Origin: Raillietiella orientalis
Lineage: Eukaryota
Reading direction: 5' to 3'
Length of the DNA: 64,000 nucleotides
NCBI GenBank assembly: GCA_036172245.1
Contig: JAYWIR010000001.1
Span: forward strand, 7,378,001-7,442,000
Numbering within the stretch: the stretch's first letter is position 1; each line of letters begins with the position of its first letter. The notes below the pieces were generated by a model, which saw only the letters and a program-made list of their open reading frames with translations, searched no databases and had not been told where the DNA came from. Shown one piece after another: positions 59,731-64,000 of the stretch. The position numbers and the translations under genes are program-made.

Positions 59731-62700
59731 AGAGACAACGAACGTTATAACTTTCATTGTTTCAAACTACTTTCCTAAAAATAACGGTGAACATCCTGAA
59801 CTAAGAGTTCTGTTGTTTCTTGAGTTTCGTCGCCTTCAAAACCGCCCAAAGGATCCATTTGGGAAAGATACCGAGTTTAAATCCACGGCTGTTCTTCAAG
59901 CTAATATTATTCCACGCATATGTAGAGAGCTGCTCGGTTCATGTTGCTGCGCTCTCACGGAGATATCCTTGTAAGCGAGAAAGATTATGAGTGATCGAGA
60001 TCGGAGGAATCGTCTTTAAAAACAGAGCGCTCTGTTTTCAAGAGAGCAATTTGTTTGTAGGGTTTTTTTTGTGTGTTTTTTCTTCCTCAAAAAGAGGCCT
60101 CTAAAATATCCACCGTGTGCTCATCTTCGGCAAAGCGAAGCACTTTCTACAATGCTTCTCCACCTCCCTCGGAGGCGCGCATGTTCATACCGGATAGGAT
60201 TTTTGATTTGTTCAGAGAGCGACTGCCCGGCAACTGCTGGATTCGAAGGCATTGGAAGGGAAAGAAAGAGGGGAGGGGAGGATCAGCACCTTCGAGATCT
60301 TCCAGCTCCACGTCGGGAGGCGAGCGCTGAAAGCCAACTCAGCAATTCTCCCCAATCCTTTTATGGCGCAAGTGAAAGCAGCAGCAGTGATTTGACAGTC
60401 CAATAGGAGCAATGGAAGATGTAGCTCTGAATCGTACCTAGAGGGAATCATGAAAGCAAAGTAGGGAACAGAAAAGAGTGCCTCAGAATGCAGATCGAGA
60501 CATAAAATTGCGGACGAGATCCATGGACATGGTAACCTATCAAGAGTTTCACGAGCATAAGAAGCGAGCAAGGAGAAGTCTTGGTGAAATGAAGTGACAA
60601 GTTGCCGTCTAGGTGAAATTCTTAAAGTTCTTCTTGTTTGGAAATGTTTCCTTGTCACTCTTGCAGTTTGCCATCATCCGTTCCCTTTCTCAACAATTAG
60701 GCGAACTTTCCTGCCTCTACGGACGACTCCAGAATGCCTCTTCAGCTGTTCTCATTCCTGTGGATTGGAGGGGAGATGAGGACCCTCGCTTCCCCTTACT
60801 TGCTTTCGAAGAGCGATTTTTTTGTGGTCCATTTGAAAGCAGACGTGGGGAGGAGGAGTGCATTCTCCACAGCTCAGAGGCATTCCAAAGATTCCAGAGT
60901 GCCCGACTACTCCAAGGGAACACCTGTATCCCTGTAAGAACACCTGGAGAGTCCAGGATGCAGCTCAGCTTCCCGAAACTTGCCGCTCGCAAAAATCGGA
61001 AAGGATGGGAGCATTCCTAAAGAGACTCTGGAGATCGTTTCCAAAGCGGTCGAGTTCTCTCTGCTCCACATGCACTTGCTCTCGGGAACACGCAACAAAA
61101 AGTCTCACCATCGAGGAAGCGTCCAAGAGGTGGAATGCAGAGGCGTTTTTCCCTTTATGTCGGAGCAACCCCCCCTCCCTCCCCTCCAGGAACGAGTTCC
61201 TCAAGCTCACCGAGAACCGAACGATCTGCACTTTCTTGGGAATTAACGGGCTGTGAGAGAAGCAGCTGCGGCAGAGTGGCGACCTTTCAAAAGCCAGGTC
61301 CACAGTAGTTGCTCTTGCGCAAGGAGACGCAGCACCCCATCCGAGGACTTCGAATGTGGGTGGCTCGCTCCCTCGACCAGACCTCGTTCGGCACCGGGAT
61401 TCCGCTGTCCACTAGCCACACGGAAGTATTCCGAATGCAGGAGGGCTTTCCAAACTTGCCCAGCTCCGGTCTCTTAACGGCTCTTGCCGCCCGCTTCCTG
61501 TTTGAGAGTTCTCCATCCATCGCCACATTATCGTCTCTTTTTCCAAGGGACTACGCACCTCTGCCGTTTCGAGGAGCTCTGGCTATGGGATGGTGGTTGT
61601 GGTGAAGCAAAAGTGATTTAGAGGATGGGGGGGGGGGGGGGGAAAGCGATTCGGAGCCGTGGAGTAAAGGGTAACCACCTCAGCAGCGCTGAGTTATCGG
61701 CAAGAGCAGCAGCTGCCTTCCTTCAAGACTACTGAGTCTGCAACTTGCTGCTCTTTTTCACAGAGGGGCTGTTGCACTTCCGTTTGCTTTCGGTAATAGA
61801 GGTTCCTCTTTTCTTTTCCTGGGGAAAGAAAAGAGGCACCCCTTTGCTGGGGAAGGGCTGCTTGAGACTTAAGCTTGCTCAGGAAGGAGCATCCCTTCCT
61901 CGTCGGTTCGAAGGCTAGCCAAGCAGTAAAGGCCCAGCTGTGGAAGTCCCTCCGGTGAAGACAGAAGGATGGCTGCGTTCTCCTCGCAACCTGCCGATGT
62001 TCTGGAGACATCCGCAACGGTGCAGAGTGCTCCTCTCCAGAGGAACTGCCTTGCAGGAAAACAGAGGTCGTCGGGAGGCGGCGGCAGCCCTCTCGGAAAG
62101 GGCACGGGTGGCACACCTGTGCCCTTTCCTTGCTTGCCCTTTCCGTCAGGCACCGTGCTTGCTCAGCGGAGGACCTTGGAAATCGCGCACTCGCAGTACT
62201 AGGGAAGGAGCTCCAAGGGAAGAGGGATGCGCCGAGGTGTGAGCTGTTGCCTGAGAGGACAGCGGAGCATCCAGAAGGAATGGGACGGTTTCGAGGAGGG
62301 GCGGAATAATTTGCCTCTGGAACGAGGGGGCAGCGAGAAGTGAAGGCTGGAGTGGACGCAGATGTGGCGTGTTGCGAGAATCGAAGCCATACGCAAATCC
62401 CCAGAGGTGAAAGATGGACCCAGCTGCCTCCCCGACTGGTTGCGGGTGGGAGCGATTCCCGCCCTATCCCAAGCCTTCTAGAGGCGCTCCGAAGTCCTGA
62501 AGACGCCATCTCTGGAAGTTTGTTCACGAGTTTCAAAGGCACTTTCTGGAATATTTCCGAAGTCTCTCTGCCTGAAAAGACATCGCTCGTGCATCCAGGG
62601 ATCCAGGATCCTCCTTCGTTTTCCTCCCTCATCGAAGAGGAATCGGCACCTTTCGCCGATTAGAGAAGCCGACACGTTCCCCGTCCCAGCCCCTCGACGG

Positions 62701-64000
62701 CTCTTCCCGCTTCCTGGAAGTAAAAGGCGACCACTTCCCTCTCGGAGGGATCGAGAGGGTTCTTCGGGGTCTGCACCCTCTAGCGGCTGCGGAAGCTGGC
62801 ACGAAGGGTGGGAGGCGATCCCTCCCTTCCCGCACGCATTTCCGGGACCACACAGGCATCCTGAACGCGAAAGCGCTCCCGGAAGCGCCGCGCATGCTTG
62901 CTTGTCGCGCGTAGAGAGGAGTTCCTCCCGAGATCCCATGGAAACCGCACCTCCCCTTGTCGCACGGAAGCGCCGCAGGAGCATGCGGCAGGGGTTACGA
63001 AGAGAAAGACCCAAGGGAACGCTGCAAGAAGGGGCGTTCGGTGGAGGGGGCGCTTTCTGGGGGAGGAACCGTTGGGGTTCTTCACCCTTCCCTCCCTCTG
63101 GCGCTTCTCCTTCGCCCTCGGTGGGGAGGAGGCTCGGCTAGGGGCAGTTTTGGCCTCCTTGCTCGCCTTCCGGTGGGGTTCGTGTCGCCTATCCCATCCC
63201 TTCTGCCCCTTTGCTCTTTGCAGCTTCCCCTGCTGTCTCACCCCATGATCATCGCTCCCGCTCCACCCCATATCAGTGGAGTTCCTGCCCCCCTCTCCAT
63301 GGAAGCAAGCAGGAGCGCGCGCGCGTGTCCCGCGGACTCCCCTCCCCTCTTGCGCATCCGCCTGTTCCCTCTTCCACAGGGCGAGGAGGCGTGCGCCCCT
63401 TCGCGGGGATCGTCTGGCCGTGACCCTCGCTCGCATTTTCCCCTTCCCCTCAGCACGTGCAACTCGGAAAGGCAGGCCTGCTGGGCACGCGCGCCCTCGC
63501 GCAGAGCACAGCCGTTCCCTCCCTCGCACCTCCCTTCCTTTTCCTCCGGGCACCGTTTCCAGGGCAATGGCCTTGCTCCAGCATGCCAGGGAGACGAGAA
63601 AGATCGGGGATCTTGCCGACATCTCTTTCTCTCTCCTTCCTTCCCTTTGCAGCCTGAGTGTCGCATGGGGCCTCGTTCCCGCCATACAGTGGCCCTCGGC
63701 TCGCTCCTCGCCCGCGCAGGGAGGAAGGTGAAAGGGTGGGGCAAAGAACCGGGAAGGCAGGATCCCTCGAGAGAGCGAGCAGGGAATCGGCACCCGTCCT
63801 CAGATTCCTCTTCCTGGAGTCTCCCTGCTGCACGGTGAGGCAAAAATGACCACCATCCCCCCACCCCCCTCCGTCGGCATAGCGACCGGTCGATCCATCT
63901 CCCCTTCGACTGCGAATCCAGGGAGAAGAGCAGGGTGAGAGTCGCTCCCTCGGCAGCCTCCCTCCGAAAGCGCACGTGGAACCCCGGAGCTACCGCTTCC

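Overview
Eukaryotic, GC- and CpG-rich genomic DNA, most likely from an arthropod-like invertebrate (inferred from protein motifs). The window holds one recognisable gene, a spalt/SALL-family zinc-finger transcription factor on the minus strand. By hand I can assemble 7 phase-compatible GT-AG coding exons: 39237-39141, 29236-25706, 24860-24727, 22863-22611, 22241-22096, 21923-21705 and 21615-21253 (4743 nt, 1580 aa). The last intron is the least certain. The protein has an N-terminal MSRRKQxxP NuRD-type motif, a C2HC finger, four C2H2 clusters with Sal-box-type FT/STK/RGNL/MK motifs and a PLDLT CtBP-type motif. It appears to lack the usual TKVAVAQF motif and has a Q-poor version of the Q-rich helix. 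The remaining ~45 kb is apparently non-coding, with purine/pyrimidine tracts, microsatellites, one 61-bp tandem repeat and several motif-dense candidate enhancers. Nearly all other ORFs in the track look like GC-content artefacts. I found no CRISPR array, RNA gene, intact mobile element or convincing novel system. The most interesting leads are regulatory or isoform-level and are hypotheses.
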